Positions 29,449 to 42,532 of a DNA stretch of 64,000 bases are shown piece after piece. A model generated the notes under the pieces. That model did no database searches. It was given only the letters and a program-made list of their open reading frames with translations, and was not told the DNA's origin. The stretch spans positions 354,446 to 418,445 of the forward strand of contig JAGXIU010000003.1 in NCBI GenBank assembly GCA_024635455.1, in the 5' to 3' direction. Origin of the DNA: Candidatus Saccharimonadota bacterium. Lineage in GTDB: Bacteria > Patescibacteriota > Saccharimonadia > Saccharimonadales > SLHW01. Numbering within the stretch: position 1 is the stretch's first letter; each line of letters starts with the position of its first letter. The position numbers were made by a program, and so were the translations under genes.

Positions 29449-29889
29449 CTAGATATCTAGGTCGTCGAGGTCTGCGAGTTCTTGTTTAGCTTTTTTCAAG
29501 CTAGAACTCTCTTCTTCTTCGTCTTCGACTTGATCACCAGAATTATTAGCCTCTGTTGGCTTTTCGGTGCTTTTCTCTGAGTTCTTTTTTGAAGTATCCT
29601 CATCGCTTGGCGTATCATCAGATTCTTCACCATCTGTCTGTTCGGCAGTATCAATAATCTTAAGATTATAACGAGCCTCGTTTTTCGTCCCTAGCGCTCT
29701 GAGTAAGGTACGAATACTCTGCGCAGTCGCACCGCGCTTCCCGATAACCCGACCTAAGTCATCTGGGTCAACCGACAGTTCTAACAACACGCCTTTTTCG
29801 TCAATGCGTCGTTCGATAATTACTTTATCTGGATTGCCAACCAGTGATTTTACGATAAATTCTACAAATTGCTGATCAATACTACTCAT
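29449..29889 (-). CDS. KH-domain RNA-binding protein (YlqC/UPF0109) with long acidic C-terminal extension
   Basis: VIGKRGATAQSIRTLL KH GXXG motif. Position between rpsP and trmD. Confidence 0.75.
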   Translation of the reverse strand: MSSIDQQFVEFIVKSLVGNPDKVIIERRIDEKGVLLELSVDPDDLGRVIGKRGATAQSIRTLLRALGTKNEARYNLKIIDTAEQTDGEESDDTPSDEDTSKKNSEKSTEKPTEANNSGDQVEDEEEESSSLKKAKQELADLDDLDI

Positions 29890-29995
29890 CCGTCATATCC
29901 TCCTATTCAGACATTAGAAAATGCACACAATAGATGCGCCGGCAAACTTTTGCTTATTTAAGTATAACAAACTTGGCCCACCCGTAACACGAATT

Positions 29996-30454
29996 TTATT
30001 TTTCGGTTGATTCTTCTGCTGGAGCTTCTTCGGTTGTGTCAGCGGATGTTGTATCCGTTTCTTCCGTTGCGCTAGCTTCAGTAGCTTCTGGTTTGGTTTC
30101 TACTTCAGGCTCAGTAGGCTCTTCTGCAGGAGTTTCTTTTGGTTGGTTTTTACGTAACTTTTCAGGATTCTTGGTTGCCCGTTTAACTTCTGTCGCGTCA
30201 GGCATTACCCACTTCGGTAACTTCACTCCTTGAGCCTTTAGAATACGAATTACACTATCAGACGGCTGAGCACCGTTACCTAGATAATGAGTGACTTTTT
30301 CTTTATCTACTGTGGTTTCTTTGCTGTGTGGATTATAAGAGCCGACGTTAGCTACAACTCGTCCACTTTTTGGTGACAATTGAGCCTCTTGCACAATTAT
30401 TCTGTATTGTGCGTACCCCTTACGGCCAACTCGTTGCATGCGTATTGCTAGCAT
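29996..30454 (-). CDS. rpsP: 30S ribosomal protein S16 with Glu/Thr/Pro/Ala-rich C-terminal extension
   Basis: MLAIRMQRVGRKGYAQYRIIV N-terminus. Confidence 0.9.
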   Translation of the reverse strand: MLAIRMQRVGRKGYAQYRIIVQEAQLSPKSGRVVANVGSYNPHSKETTVDKEKVTHYLGNGAQPSDSVIRILKAQGVKLPKWVMPDATEVKRATKNPEKLRKNQPKETPAEEPTEPEVETKPEATEASATEETDTTSADTTEEAPAEESTEK

Positions 30455-30543
30455 AATAAAAAATCTCTCTTTCCTCTACAGATTGTATCTGCGCTTAGTA
30501 GTATCTGCAATCTGCTCCATTCTACAGAGAGACTCATCTGATG

Positions 30544-31239
30544 TCAACTCTGGTAGCGCTGGAGCGCCTTTTCAGCCGCCTCAACTTGTCCTAATTGCTT
30601 GCTAGGGCCAGCTCCTTTACCGATCAACGTGCCGTCAACATAAACACCGACTGTAAAGACTTTATCGTGATCAGGGCCTTCCTCGCTTAACACCTTGTAG
30701 GACGGCGTATGGCCATCATTGCTTTGCGCTAACTCCTGTAAATGTGACTTCGGATCCATCCACGATCCAGTTTCCAAAATAGTTTTAAACGTTACCAGAA
30801 GGCTTTCGTGGATAAACTTTTTGGCCGCCGCATAGCCCTTGTCTAAGTAGATCGCACCAACTACAGCCTCGTAGGTGTTTGCGAGTATCTGCGCTCGAGC
30901 GCGATCGCTGCCCCGGCGCTCACCACGGCTCAATCGAAGCATCGGTTCAAACTCATGCTTCCGTGCTGCCTCACCAATGCTTTCAGTTCGCACCAAGCTA
31001 CTGCGCCAATTGGTTAATATACCCTCAGGATCATCGTAGTTCAGATATAAATATTCTGTTACAACCAGCTCAAGCACTGCATCACCGAGGAATTCCAGGC
31101 GCTCGTTATGCTCTTTAACAGTTTTTCTATGCTCATTCACATACGAACGATGTGTAAAAGCAGTTCGCAACAGCTCTATATCGTTAAATTCAAGCCCTAA
31201 TGTCGTACTAGCAAATGTTTTATATGCGCTTGTATCCAT
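30544..31239 (-). CDS. rnc: ribonuclease III
   Basis: NERLEFLGDAVLE signature plus a C-terminal dsRBD. Confidence 0.92.
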   Translation of the reverse strand: MDTSAYKTFASTTLGLEFNDIELLRTAFTHRSYVNEHRKTVKEHNERLEFLGDAVLELVVTEYLYLNYDDPEGILTNWRSSLVRTESIGEAARKHEFEPMLRLSRGERRGSDRARAQILANTYEAVVGAIYLDKGYAAAKKFIHESLLVTFKTILETGSWMDPKSHLQELAQSNDGHTPSYKVLSEEGPDHDKVFTVGVYVDGTLIGKGAGPSKQLGQVEAAEKALQRYQS

Positions 31240-31247
31240 AAAACCTA

Positions 31248-31748
31248 TTATAACTTCTCTTGCCGAATCCGCTTGAGTGCAAGCAGTATCAGTTTACTGA
31301 TATCTTCGTAAGCAATAATATCCACAGCCTCAGTTGCCGGGAACCACTTAATCCCGTTCATCCAGTCCTCTGGTTTTAGATTATCGGTATCACCGAGGGC
31401 TTTTACTAAATAGATCTCTGTTGTCATCAGCACCAGACTCACTTGTCGCCGATATTGGAAGTTTATTTTACCGAGCCAGTTCAAAACCTGCATTTCTTGA
31501 AGACCAGTCTCTTCACCAATCTCACGCTCGGCTGTTTGACGAGCCTTTTCTCCTTCTTCAATATGCCCTTTTGGGATAGTCCAACGGTTTTTTGCATCCT
31601 GAATCAATAAAATCTCGACTGATTTGCCGTCCTTCGCACGGCGAAATATGACACCACCAGCGGTCGGTTCACGTACCACTTCTTTGATGCTTGGTTTGCG
31701 CTTATGGACAAACTTTTTAAATTCTTGAATTGGCTTCGGTCGCTTCAT
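31248..31748 (-). CDS. NUDIX hydrolase
   Basis: Nudix box GHIEEGEKARQTAEREIGEETG. Confidence 0.8.
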   Translation of the reverse strand: MKRPKPIQEFKKFVHKRKPSIKEVVREPTAGGVIFRRAKDGKSVEILLIQDAKNRWTIPKGHIEEGEKARQTAEREIGEETGLQEMQVLNWLGKINFQYRRQVSLVLMTTEIYLVKALGDTDNLKPEDWMNGIKWFPATEAVDIIAYEDISKLILLALKRIRQEKL

Positions 31749-31751
31749 AGC

Positions 31752-32276
31752 TTAACTTTCTTTCTTCTTGGTGGTTTTCTTGCTATCTAGTTTCTTTGGT
31801 TTTGTAGCTTTTGGCTTCTTAGCGTCCTTCTTGTCTGAGCTGCTCACAGCGTCTTCTAGTTGCTTTAGCAGGGTTCCAAGTACGCCATTAATAAATTTGC
31901 TAGAGTTTTCACCACCAAATGACTTAGCAAGCTCGATTGCTTCGTTAATAACAACCTTTGGCGGAACGTCTTTTTCATGAAGAAGCTCGTACGCTCCTAT
32001 CCGCAAAACAATCCTATCCATCCGTGCTATCTGATCAATCGGCCACTCCGGGGCAATTGGTTGAATAGTGGCATCAAGTTCATCTTGAGATTCTGTAATG
32101 TGCTCACACATGCGTGCAATAAAATCAACATCATCAACTATGTCTTTGTAGCGACGTATATTGCGCTTAAGAACTTTGCTCAGATTGAACGATGCATCAT
32201 TGCACGCAAGCCTCAGCTCTTGTTCATACAAGGTTTGTAATACAATGATTCGGCCAAGATGACGGTTTGATGCCAT
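31752..32276 (-). CDS. nusB: transcription antitermination factor NusB with Lys-rich C-terminal tail
   Basis: LGRIIVLQTLYEQE..., INEAIELAKSFGGENSSKFINGVLG. Confidence 0.8.
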   Translation of the reverse strand: MASNRHLGRIIVLQTLYEQELRLACNDASFNLSKVLKRNIRRYKDIVDDVDFIARMCEHITESQDELDATIQPIAPEWPIDQIARMDRIVLRIGAYELLHEKDVPPKVVINEAIELAKSFGGENSSKFINGVLGTLLKQLEDAVSSSDKKDAKKPKATKPKKLDSKKTTKKKES

Positions 32277-32339
32277 AAATAGTTATTCTCTTAAACGGTA
32301 AGGTGCATTGCGTATATGTTTATACGCAGATGAATTATG

Positions 32340-32492
32340 TTAACTTGCGGTCTTTTTTTTGCCACTCTCTTTTCGAGTGGTATACGCTTTGACTGGAGAG
32401 CTTGCATTAACGCGGCGAGCCAGTTTCACGATTGCGTGACTACGGCGCTGACGAGTTCTGCGCGGTGTCGTGCGCTTCTTTGGCTGTCCCAT
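32340..32492 (-). CDS. rpmF: 50S ribosomal protein L32 (50 aa, below the ORF-track cutoff)
   Basis: Hand translation MGQPKKRTTPRRTRQRRSHAIVKLARRV... matches the L32 N-terminal pattern P-K-[KR]-[KR]-T-S/T...RR.H. GGAGG sits 7 nt before the ATG. No zinc-ribbon Cys. Confidence 0.6.
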   Translation of the reverse strand: MGQPKKRTTPRRTRQRRSHAIVKLARRVNASSPVKAYTTRKESGKKKTAS

Positions 32493-32536
32493 GTGACGGC
32501 CTCCTTCCTGAATTACCTTTATACAACTTGCCCATT

Positions 32537-32565
32537 AGTATACCGGAGGCGTGTTTAGAACTCAA
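32537..32565 (-). promoter_or_regulatory. sigma-70-type promoter for rpmF
   Basis: TTGAGT-N17-TATACT on the minus strand, about 45 nt upstream of the rpmF ATG. Confidence 0.35.
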
Positions 32566-32614
32566 GCCGTGTCTATTGACACATTTGAGTTATCATATAA
32601 TCGTAAATCAGCCG

Positions 32615-35083
32615 CTACTTCTCTGTGACGACAAAATTAACAAGTTTTTGCGGAACGTAAATCGTTTTTACTACTTCACCTGCCTGTAAATATTCAGCAA
32701 CTCGTTTATTATCTTTTGCCTGGGCGACAATATCGTCCTTCTGTGCATCGGTAGACACTTCTACATTCGCACGAACTTTTCCATTCACCTGTACAACAAT
32801 ATTCAAGCTGTCTTGAGCGAGGTATGATTCATTGTGTTTCGGCCAATCACTCTGATGGATTGAGTCGGTCTGACCCAGCTCATGCCACAACTCCTCAGTA
32901 ATATGAGGGGCAAAAGGAGCCAATAGTTGCAAGAGTGAGAGGATAGCGAACCACCATTGCTCGGATTGTTCGAGGCTGTGAGACTGTTTTATCTTATAGT
33001 ACTCATTGACTGCCGCCATCATACTGGCTATCGCTGTATTGAACTTGTGCTGCTCTATGTCATTGGTAACTTTTTTTATCGTGCTGTGTGAGACAAATAA
33101 GAGTTCTTGCGCTACATCATCAGTGGTTTTGCCTACTTTGGTCGACAAAAATTCGTGTGTGAGCGTCCATACCCGGCTCAAGAACCGGTGGGCTCCCGGG
33201 ATGCCTTGTGGGTCCCAAAGTACATCTAGCTCAACAGGTGCAGCGAACATTTCGTACAACCGTAAAGCATCCGCCCCGTATCCGCTTTCGATGACTTCGA
33301 GCGGGTCTACGCCGTTTCCTTTGCTCTTACTGAACATTGATCCGTCAGACGCTCTGACCTTGCCGTTATACACCATACGAGCAAATGGCTCTGGTGTTCC
33401 AACAAGACCAAGCTTGTAGAAAAACCTCATAAAGAAACGAGCGTACAGCAAGTGAGCTGTTGCATGATCGCCACCATTGTAAAAATCTACCGGTAGCCAC
33501 TTTTTTACTAGTTCACTGTCCCAAGCTTGTGACGAATCGTGTGGGCTAATGTAGCGGAGAAAATACCAGCTCGAGCAAACATAACCATCCATGGTATCCG
33601 TCTCTCGTTTGGCTGGCTTGTCGCACGTTGGACAAGCTACATTGACCCAATCTTCAACCCCAGCTAATACAGAGGCGTTGCCACCTGTTGGCTTGTAGTT
33701 CTTAATCTCAGGCAACTCAACCGGAAGGTCCTTTTCTGGCACAGCGACAGCTCCACAATCATCACAGTGAATAATCGGTATTGGCGCACCCCAATATCGT
33801 TGTCGTGAGATAAGCCAATCACGCATCTTATACTGCACTTTCGCGCTTGCCTTATCCTGCTTCTCCAGATCTGTCACGATAGCCGCTTGCGCTTCAACTG
33901 AGTTCATGCCGTTATACTTATCTGAGTTAACAAGCTCTCCCGATCCGGTGAATATATCGTTATCTTTTTCTGCATTATTTACAGGAACAACGACTTCCGT
34001 GATAGGAATTTCAAAAGCCTCAGCGAACGCGTAGTCACGTTCGTCATGGGCAGGGACTGCCATGATAGCACCGGTACCGTACCCCATAAGCACGTAATCA
34101 GCTATCCAGATAGGCATGTCTTGGTTATTGATCGGATTAACAGCGTATGCTCCAGTAAATACACCTGTCTTGTCGGTGTTTACTTCTTGCCGCTCTATAT
34201 CGCTTTTTATTTGCGCCTGTCGGACATACGCCTCTACGTCAGATTTATTTTTATCGGTCGTTATCTCGGCTACTAACGGATGCTCGGGTGCCAACACCAT
34301 AAATGTTGCCCCGTATAACGTATCTGGACGAGTTGTAAACGCTTGTACCGACTGCTGGCTCTCCTTGATCGCAAAAGTAATTTCTGCGCCCTCACTGCGT
34401 CCAATCCAGCTTTTTTGTGAAGCCTTAACAGACTCAGTCCAATCGAGCTCATCAGTTGCTTGTAATATCTCATCAGCATACTCAGTAATCTTGAAAAACC
34501 ACTGTTTCAGGTTCTTTTTGGTCACCATCGGGTCATCCTCACCATCATGACGCCAACACTTGCCTGCCAACACCTGCTCATCCGCTAGAACAGTCATACA
34601 TTGATTGCACCACCACTGCGGGCTTTCCTTCTGGTACGCCAAATCGTGTTCGAACAGTTTGCTGAATATCCACTGAGTCCACTTGTAGTACTCTGGGTCA
34701 GTTGTATTGATCTCTTTTGACCAGTCAACTGCCCAACCCATTGCTTGGTATTGCTTATGGTATTTTGCAATTGCATCTTTCGTAGAAATTTGAGGTGATA
34801 CACCCGTCTTAATGGCGTAATTTTCCGCCGGAAGCCCAAACGAGTCCCAGCCAATTGCCTGATACGACTCATAACCCTGCTGACGCTTATATCGAGTTAT
34901 TACATCTGGGATAGTGTAGTTACGCACGTGCCCAACGTGGATACCGGCACCACTTGGATAATTAAACATACCAAAGCCTATATACTTTGGCTTCTTACTC
35001 GATAAATCGGTCGAATAGGTACCGTCTTCAAGCCAGCTTTTTTGCCATTTTGGTTCAATATCTTTTGGGTTATAACGCCTCAT
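32615..35083 (-). CDS. leuS: leucine--tRNA ligase
   Basis: Class I HIGH (GIHVGH) and KMSKS-like (FSKSKG) motifs; 822 aa bacterial LeuRS architecture. Confidence 0.95.
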   Translation of the reverse strand: MRRYNPKDIEPKWQKSWLEDGTYSTDLSSKKPKYIGFGMFNYPSGAGIHVGHVRNYTIPDVITRYKRQQGYESYQAIGWDSFGLPAENYAIKTGVSPQISTKDAIAKYHKQYQAMGWAVDWSKEINTTDPEYYKWTQWIFSKLFEHDLAYQKESPQWWCNQCMTVLADEQVLAGKCWRHDGEDDPMVTKKNLKQWFFKITEYADEILQATDELDWTESVKASQKSWIGRSEGAEITFAIKESQQSVQAFTTRPDTLYGATFMVLAPEHPLVAEITTDKNKSDVEAYVRQAQIKSDIERQEVNTDKTGVFTGAYAVNPINNQDMPIWIADYVLMGYGTGAIMAVPAHDERDYAFAEAFEIPITEVVVPVNNAEKDNDIFTGSGELVNSDKYNGMNSVEAQAAIVTDLEKQDKASAKVQYKMRDWLISRQRYWGAPIPIIHCDDCGAVAVPEKDLPVELPEIKNYKPTGGNASVLAGVEDWVNVACPTCDKPAKRETDTMDGYVCSSWYFLRYISPHDSSQAWDSELVKKWLPVDFYNGGDHATAHLLYARFFMRFFYKLGLVGTPEPFARMVYNGKVRASDGSMFSKSKGNGVDPLEVIESGYGADALRLYEMFAAPVELDVLWDPQGIPGAHRFLSRVWTLTHEFLSTKVGKTTDDVAQELLFVSHSTIKKVTNDIEQHKFNTAIASMMAAVNEYYKIKQSHSLEQSEQWWFAILSLLQLLAPFAPHITEELWHELGQTDSIHQSDWPKHNESYLAQDSLNIVVQVNGKVRANVEVSTDAQKDDIVAQAKDNKRVAEYLQAGEVVKTIYVPQKLVNFVVTEK

Positions 35084-35138
35084 ACTCGTGCCATTATACG
35101 ATACAGGTAGCCTTAGGTCGAAAAAACCTTAGAATCGA

Positions 35139-36401
35139 TTATGAAAACAGTTGGCTTTTTTTGCGGAGCCAGGCTGGAGATTGTCGCACTAATTGCTCAG
35201 CATCTTCCGGTTTGGCAAGCAACGGCTTAATGGCTTCTTCTAGGAACACACCATTTTGTGAGCCTTTGAATAATATGGTTAAACCATCGCCAAGCTTTGA
35301 CTTCAAGTGGTCAGCAACCGCATATGGTGAATCAAATGCGATGACCAAATTCCCCTTTGCCCGAGCAGCGTCCGCCAGGAAAGTTTTAGCATCTGGGCCA
35401 ATGACTATAACTTCTTCTAGTTGCTTATTGTCACAGTAATTACCGATTCGTTCATGCTCGTTCTGGCTGTGTTCACCCATCTCGTTCATATTGCCAATAA
35501 CTGCAATTTTACGCGGAGCGTCCACGGCGTACAGCGTGTCGAGCGCTGCCACGACTGCATCTGGGCTGGCGTTATAGCTATCATCTATGGCTATAACGCC
35601 AGATGCGAGTTTTAGTATATTCATCCGTCCGGCCATCGCAGTAACTGCAGCCAAGCTGGATACCTTATCTTTAATATCTAGATTAAGTGCTTCGCCAACA
35701 AGATAAGCTGCAATGAGTACTTTATGCATATGCACACCGATCAATTCAGTCTGTACAGATATATTGAGCTGGTTATGATGCAAGTCAACAGCTTGATCAC
35801 TTGAAGTAGCCCAAACTGTTGCCTCGCGAGACGTGCCATATGATTGATACTGCGTAAGGCCTGCTCGAAACTCCTGAGCCACATCGTCAATGTTTATAAT
35901 TAGTCGCTCCGCATAAGATGCGATTGCTAACTCTTCTTCTGCTACCGACTCAATGTCGTTAAAAAACTCCATATGCTCTGCTGCAATAGCCGTAACAACT
36001 GCCACGTCAGGCCGCAGATAGGCGGCAAATTCTGCTATCTGACCAGGACCATCGGTGCCAAGCTCAAGTACTACAACATCGTAGGGATAATCTCGTTGTA
36101 GTTGGTACTCGATGTGCAAAAACCGCCACAGCCAGGCAAATGGATTATATAAATGTGGCAGTCGTAGACCAAAAAAGACAAAAGGTACACTCAAAATATC
36201 GTTATAATTGCCGACTTGATAACGCACTCGATATTCGTGGCCAATATACTGTGCAATAGCCCGCTTGGTGCTCGTCTTGCCGACACTACCTACGACAGCG
36301 ACAACCAAGAAATCTCGCTTCGCCCGCAGCCGACGAACCTGCCAGCCAAGTAACCTCGCGATTATTTGTTTTATTTTTCGTTTCATGTCGAGGGAGAACA
36401 A
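35139..36401 (-). CDS. murF: Mur ligase family, UDP-MurNAc-pentapeptide synthetase (MurF-like)
   Basis: VAVVGSVGKTSTK P-loop and IDDSYNASPDAVVAAL motif. Confidence 0.7.
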   Translation of the reverse strand: MFSLDMKRKIKQIIARLLGWQVRRLRAKRDFLVVAVVGSVGKTSTKRAIAQYIGHEYRVRYQVGNYNDILSVPFVFFGLRLPHLYNPFAWLWRFLHIEYQLQRDYPYDVVVLELGTDGPGQIAEFAAYLRPDVAVVTAIAAEHMEFFNDIESVAEEELAIASYAERLIINIDDVAQEFRAGLTQYQSYGTSREATVWATSSDQAVDLHHNQLNISVQTELIGVHMHKVLIAAYLVGEALNLDIKDKVSSLAAVTAMAGRMNILKLASGVIAIDDSYNASPDAVVAALDTLYAVDAPRKIAVIGNMNEMGEHSQNEHERIGNYCDNKQLEEVIVIGPDAKTFLADAARAKGNLVIAFDSPYAVADHLKSKLGDGLTILFKGSQNGVFLEEAIKPLLAKPEDAEQLVRQSPAWLRKKSQLFS

Positions 36402-36427
36402 GCTTAAGCGTACTTGCTGTTTGTTAT

Positions 36428-37414
36428 TTACCGCACGTCCTGCAGGCGTTGTTGTAGCACGTTTGCAGGTACAGTATCTTCATCTTTCGGTATATCTACT
36501 GTTTGCAGTAAGCCAAAGTCACGGATTATTTCCTGTCGGTCATCTTGTCCGTATTCGATAAAGACTGGTTGACGGCTTAATACATCAACCTCAAGTGTAA
36601 AGCGCACGGGTTCGACGCTGCGGAACTGAGCTGGGTTTACATTTTGCAGTTGCGTCAAGCCTTGCAATTCTGCCAGCTGTTTTAGGTACGCCACGTACGG
36701 TTCAGGTTGCAGAAGTACGGGGTAGCTATATGTCATCCGACCATCCCGTTCGAACTTCTCGATACCAAGATAATCTATTTGATACATTTGCGTCTCTTGA
36801 GTAAATTCATACAAACGTTTTTGGTCAGTTGGGCTCAAATTAGCAAATGGAAGTACGCCCAGTGTCGCCTCACTGTAAGCTTCACCCTGCACGCCTTGCC
36901 CTATCTGCGGTTGACTTACACCCCAGATACCGACTACATCGCTGAAGTCAAATTCTGAGCCATCATCACGTTTCTCAGAAGTTTCTACGGTAGTGTAACG
37001 AACGTAGTCACGTTCTGGTGTGCCGATCTCCTCTGTAACCACGCGAGCAGTCGTAAAGCCACTTTGCGTGATAGTCGTTTCACCGGATACCACCGCTTGA
37101 CCACCAAGATGCAAACGATTGACTTGCCTCAGACTTTGCTGGGCGACATCCTGTTCTATTACTTTTGTAACCGACTGTGTGCTGAGTGTGTTCTTGATCA
37201 TATCCTGGAACACTCGGTCTTCATCAATAAATATAAATTGCCACCACAGGAACACTCCGGTCACCATGACGACAAGGCTTACAAATGTAGCTGCCTTAAT
37301 GCCTGCTGTTGATATGATTGGACGACTGATTTTAGGAGCTGAAGATTTTGTTTTCTTCTGTCGGTTTTTCTTAAACCGTAGACCACCCTTAATACGTTTG
37401 AATAGTTGTTTCAT
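36428..37414 (-). CDS. membrane-anchored hypothetical protein
   Basis: Basic N-terminus, one TM, large extracytoplasmic domain. Confidence 0.4.
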   Translation of the reverse strand: MKQLFKRIKGGLRFKKNRQKKTKSSAPKISRPIISTAGIKAATFVSLVVMVTGVFLWWQFIFIDEDRVFQDMIKNTLSTQSVTKVIEQDVAQQSLRQVNRLHLGGQAVVSGETTITQSGFTTARVVTEEIGTPERDYVRYTTVETSEKRDDGSEFDFSDVVGIWGVSQPQIGQGVQGEAYSEATLGVLPFANLSPTDQKRLYEFTQETQMYQIDYLGIEKFERDGRMTYSYPVLLQPEPYVAYLKQLAELQGLTQLQNVNPAQFRSVEPVRFTLEVDVLSRQPVFIEYGQDDRQEIIRDFGLLQTVDIPKDEDTVPANVLQQRLQDVR

Positions 37415-37578
37415 GCCCTACATTGTAACAGTTTTTCCCAGCGACGTATTGTTTCCTGACGACAACGCAGGATTGAGCCAATGCTGCTCTTTGAGCTCCC
37501 TAAGTAAAATAGTGTAGAATAGTCCCTGCTAAGCAACTGAAGTGATTAGTTGTAAGCCGTAACTCTTGTTCTTTTGAT

Positions 37579-37655
37579 GGGGCATTGGCGCAGTTGGCTA
37601 GCGCGCCTCAATGGCATTGAGGAGGTCATCGGTTCGAATCCGATATGCTCCACCA
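37579..37655 (+). tRNA. tRNA-Ala (GGC), CCA encoded
   Basis: Hand-folded cloverleaf. Acceptor GGGGCAT/ATGCTCC with G3:U70, anticodon loop ATGGCAT, T-loop TTCGAAT. Confidence 0.9.
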
Positions 37656-37698
37656 AAAGACACAAGAATACTGCAGACTCATTGTATGCACCATCTAT

Positions 37699-37731
37699 AA
37701 ACCCGACAGCCGGCTGTCGGGTTTATATTTT
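37699..37731 (+). terminator. rho-independent terminator after tRNA-Ala
   Basis: AAACCCGACAGC/GCTGTCGGGTTT palindrome followed by a T-rich tract. Confidence 0.7.
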
Positions 37732-37990
37732 CCCATCTTAACCGCAGAAAAATATGTGTATTTTGATAAATAATTAAAAAGCCCTGTGTAGCACGTAGCT
37801 ATGCAGAGCTCTTTAAAATTCGTGCGCCCCCACCCTTGCGACGGGTGGCGCTAATACTAAAATAATTTATGTTTTGTTATTTTTGTTTCACACGTCGCAG
37901 GTAGACGCACGAAGTACCATAAGTTTAACCCGTATTAATAACCGTGTCAACAATAATAAACAGAGGCGAGCAAGTGACGCCCCACTGTCA

Positions 37991-40938
<2,948 letters not shown>

Positions 40939-40948
40939 ACAGAAAACC

Positions 40949-41827
40949 TCATGCGCCACTTCCCATTTCTCGTAACCGCTTCACCCGCTCTTCTACTGGT
41001 GGATGAGTCGAAAAAAGCTTGGCAAGCTTATTGCCACGCAGTGGATTAGCAAAAAACAAGTGGGCAGTTGCTGTATGTTGCGCTTTCGTCGCGCTACCAT
41101 ATTGCCCAATCTTCTCGAGTGCTCGTGCCAACCCCTCTGGGTAACGAGTCGTCAGTGCACCACTGGCATCAGCTAAATACTCACGCTTTCTAGATATAGA
41201 CAATTGAATCAGCTTGGCAATGAGAGGAGTAATAATTGCCGCTAATATACCAATAATTATAATGAAGCCGCCGCCATTATTGTTTCGGTTACTGCCGCCA
41301 AACCAAGTCATGCGAATCATAATGTCAGCCAAGAGTGAGATAACAACCACAAGCGCGAACGCAATCATAGTCACTCGTATATCGTAGTTTTTGACATGTC
41401 CGAGCTCGTGCGCCATAACACCTTGTAGCTCTGTGTCATCCATAATATCCATCAATCCTGTGGTTGCACAGACTACAGCATGCCTCGGGTCTCGACCGGT
41501 TGCGAATGCATTCGGAGCTGGATCATCCATGATGCACACTCTCGGCATCGGCATTCCTTCTGTAATCGCTAGGTTCTCTACGATTCGATATAGACGAGGG
41601 TTGTCGCGTTTCTGAATTTCTTTCGCACCGTTAATTGCCAGCGCCATTCGTGATCCGCTCAGGTAACTAATGAAAGCGTATACGCCTGCTCCTATCAGCA
41701 CGTAAGGTGTGATAGCGGGTTCACCGACGTACCAACCGAACAGCCAACCGAGCCCACTTACTAGTACCACAAAGAAAAGCATCAAAAATACAGTTTTTCG
41801 TTTATTGCTCGCTATTTGTTTATACAC
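40949..41827 (-). CDS. htpX: zinc metalloprotease HtpX (M48)
   Basis: HELGHV zinc motif, 4 TM, C-terminal HPPVEERV. Confidence 0.88.
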   Translation of the reverse strand: MYKQIASNKRKTVFLMLFFVVLVSGLGWLFGWYVGEPAITPYVLIGAGVYAFISYLSGSRMALAINGAKEIQKRDNPRLYRIVENLAITEGMPMPRVCIMDDPAPNAFATGRDPRHAVVCATTGLMDIMDDTELQGVMAHELGHVKNYDIRVTMIAFALVVVISLLADIMIRMTWFGGSNRNNNGGGFIIIIGILAAIITPLIAKLIQLSISRKREYLADASGALTTRYPEGLARALEKIGQYGSATKAQHTATAHLFFANPLRGNKLAKLFSTHPPVEERVKRLREMGSGA

Positions 41828-41873
41828 GTGAGTATGCCTCGATTAGTATCTGAAATAAGAAGAATAGGCTTGA

Positions 41874-42428
41874 TTAAAACTTAACTTCTGGTGCCTGGGC
41901 AATCTTAGCTGCTTCCGGCTCGTCAACCTCAAAAAAGTCGCGTTCTTTGAATCCTAGCATGCCAGCAATTAGGTTTGTTGGAAATACTTGAATCTTAATA
42001 TTTAGGTCACGAGTAGAGCCGTTATAGAAGCGTCGAACTGCTTGAATCTTATCCTCAGTGTCAACTAATTCTTCCTGTAGGTGCTTGAAGTTTTCGTTGG
42101 CCTTCAAGTCAGGATAATTTTCAGCTACGGCAAACAGGCTCTTCAGTGTCTCTTGGAACATGTTTTCTGCCTGAGCAGTTTCCTTGACGCTATCGGCGTT
42201 GTCTACGCCAGCTCGTGCTTCTGTAACTTTTGTGAATACTTCTTTTTCGTGCTTTGCGTAACCTTTGACTGTATCGATAAGGTTTGGTATTAGATCTGAA
42301 CGCCGCTTCAGCTGGACGGTGATGTCACTCCAGGCTTCCTCAACGCGAACCTTAGCATGGACAAGGCTATTGTAGAGTACGATGATGCCGACGATGATTA
42401 CCGCCAGAGCAATAAATATATATAACAT
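41874..42428 (-). CDS. lemA: LemA family protein
   Basis: N-terminal TM, YNSLV, AWSDITVQLKRRSDLIPNL, RRFYNGSTRDLN motifs. Confidence 0.88.
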   Translation of the reverse strand: MLYIFIALAVIIVGIIVLYNSLVHAKVRVEEAWSDITVQLKRRSDLIPNLIDTVKGYAKHEKEVFTKVTEARAGVDNADSVKETAQAENMFQETLKSLFAVAENYPDLKANENFKHLQEELVDTEDKIQAVRRFYNGSTRDLNIKIQVFPTNLIAGMLGFKERDFFEVDEPEAAKIAQAPEVKF

Positions 42429-42532
42429 AAGTGTTGTTTCTCCCTCTTCTTTTGTAAGCTTAATTATACGGTAATCAAACAGTATTTGAAAGTATAAATA
42501 ACCCTATATATCTAACACAACCTAGCGTATAA

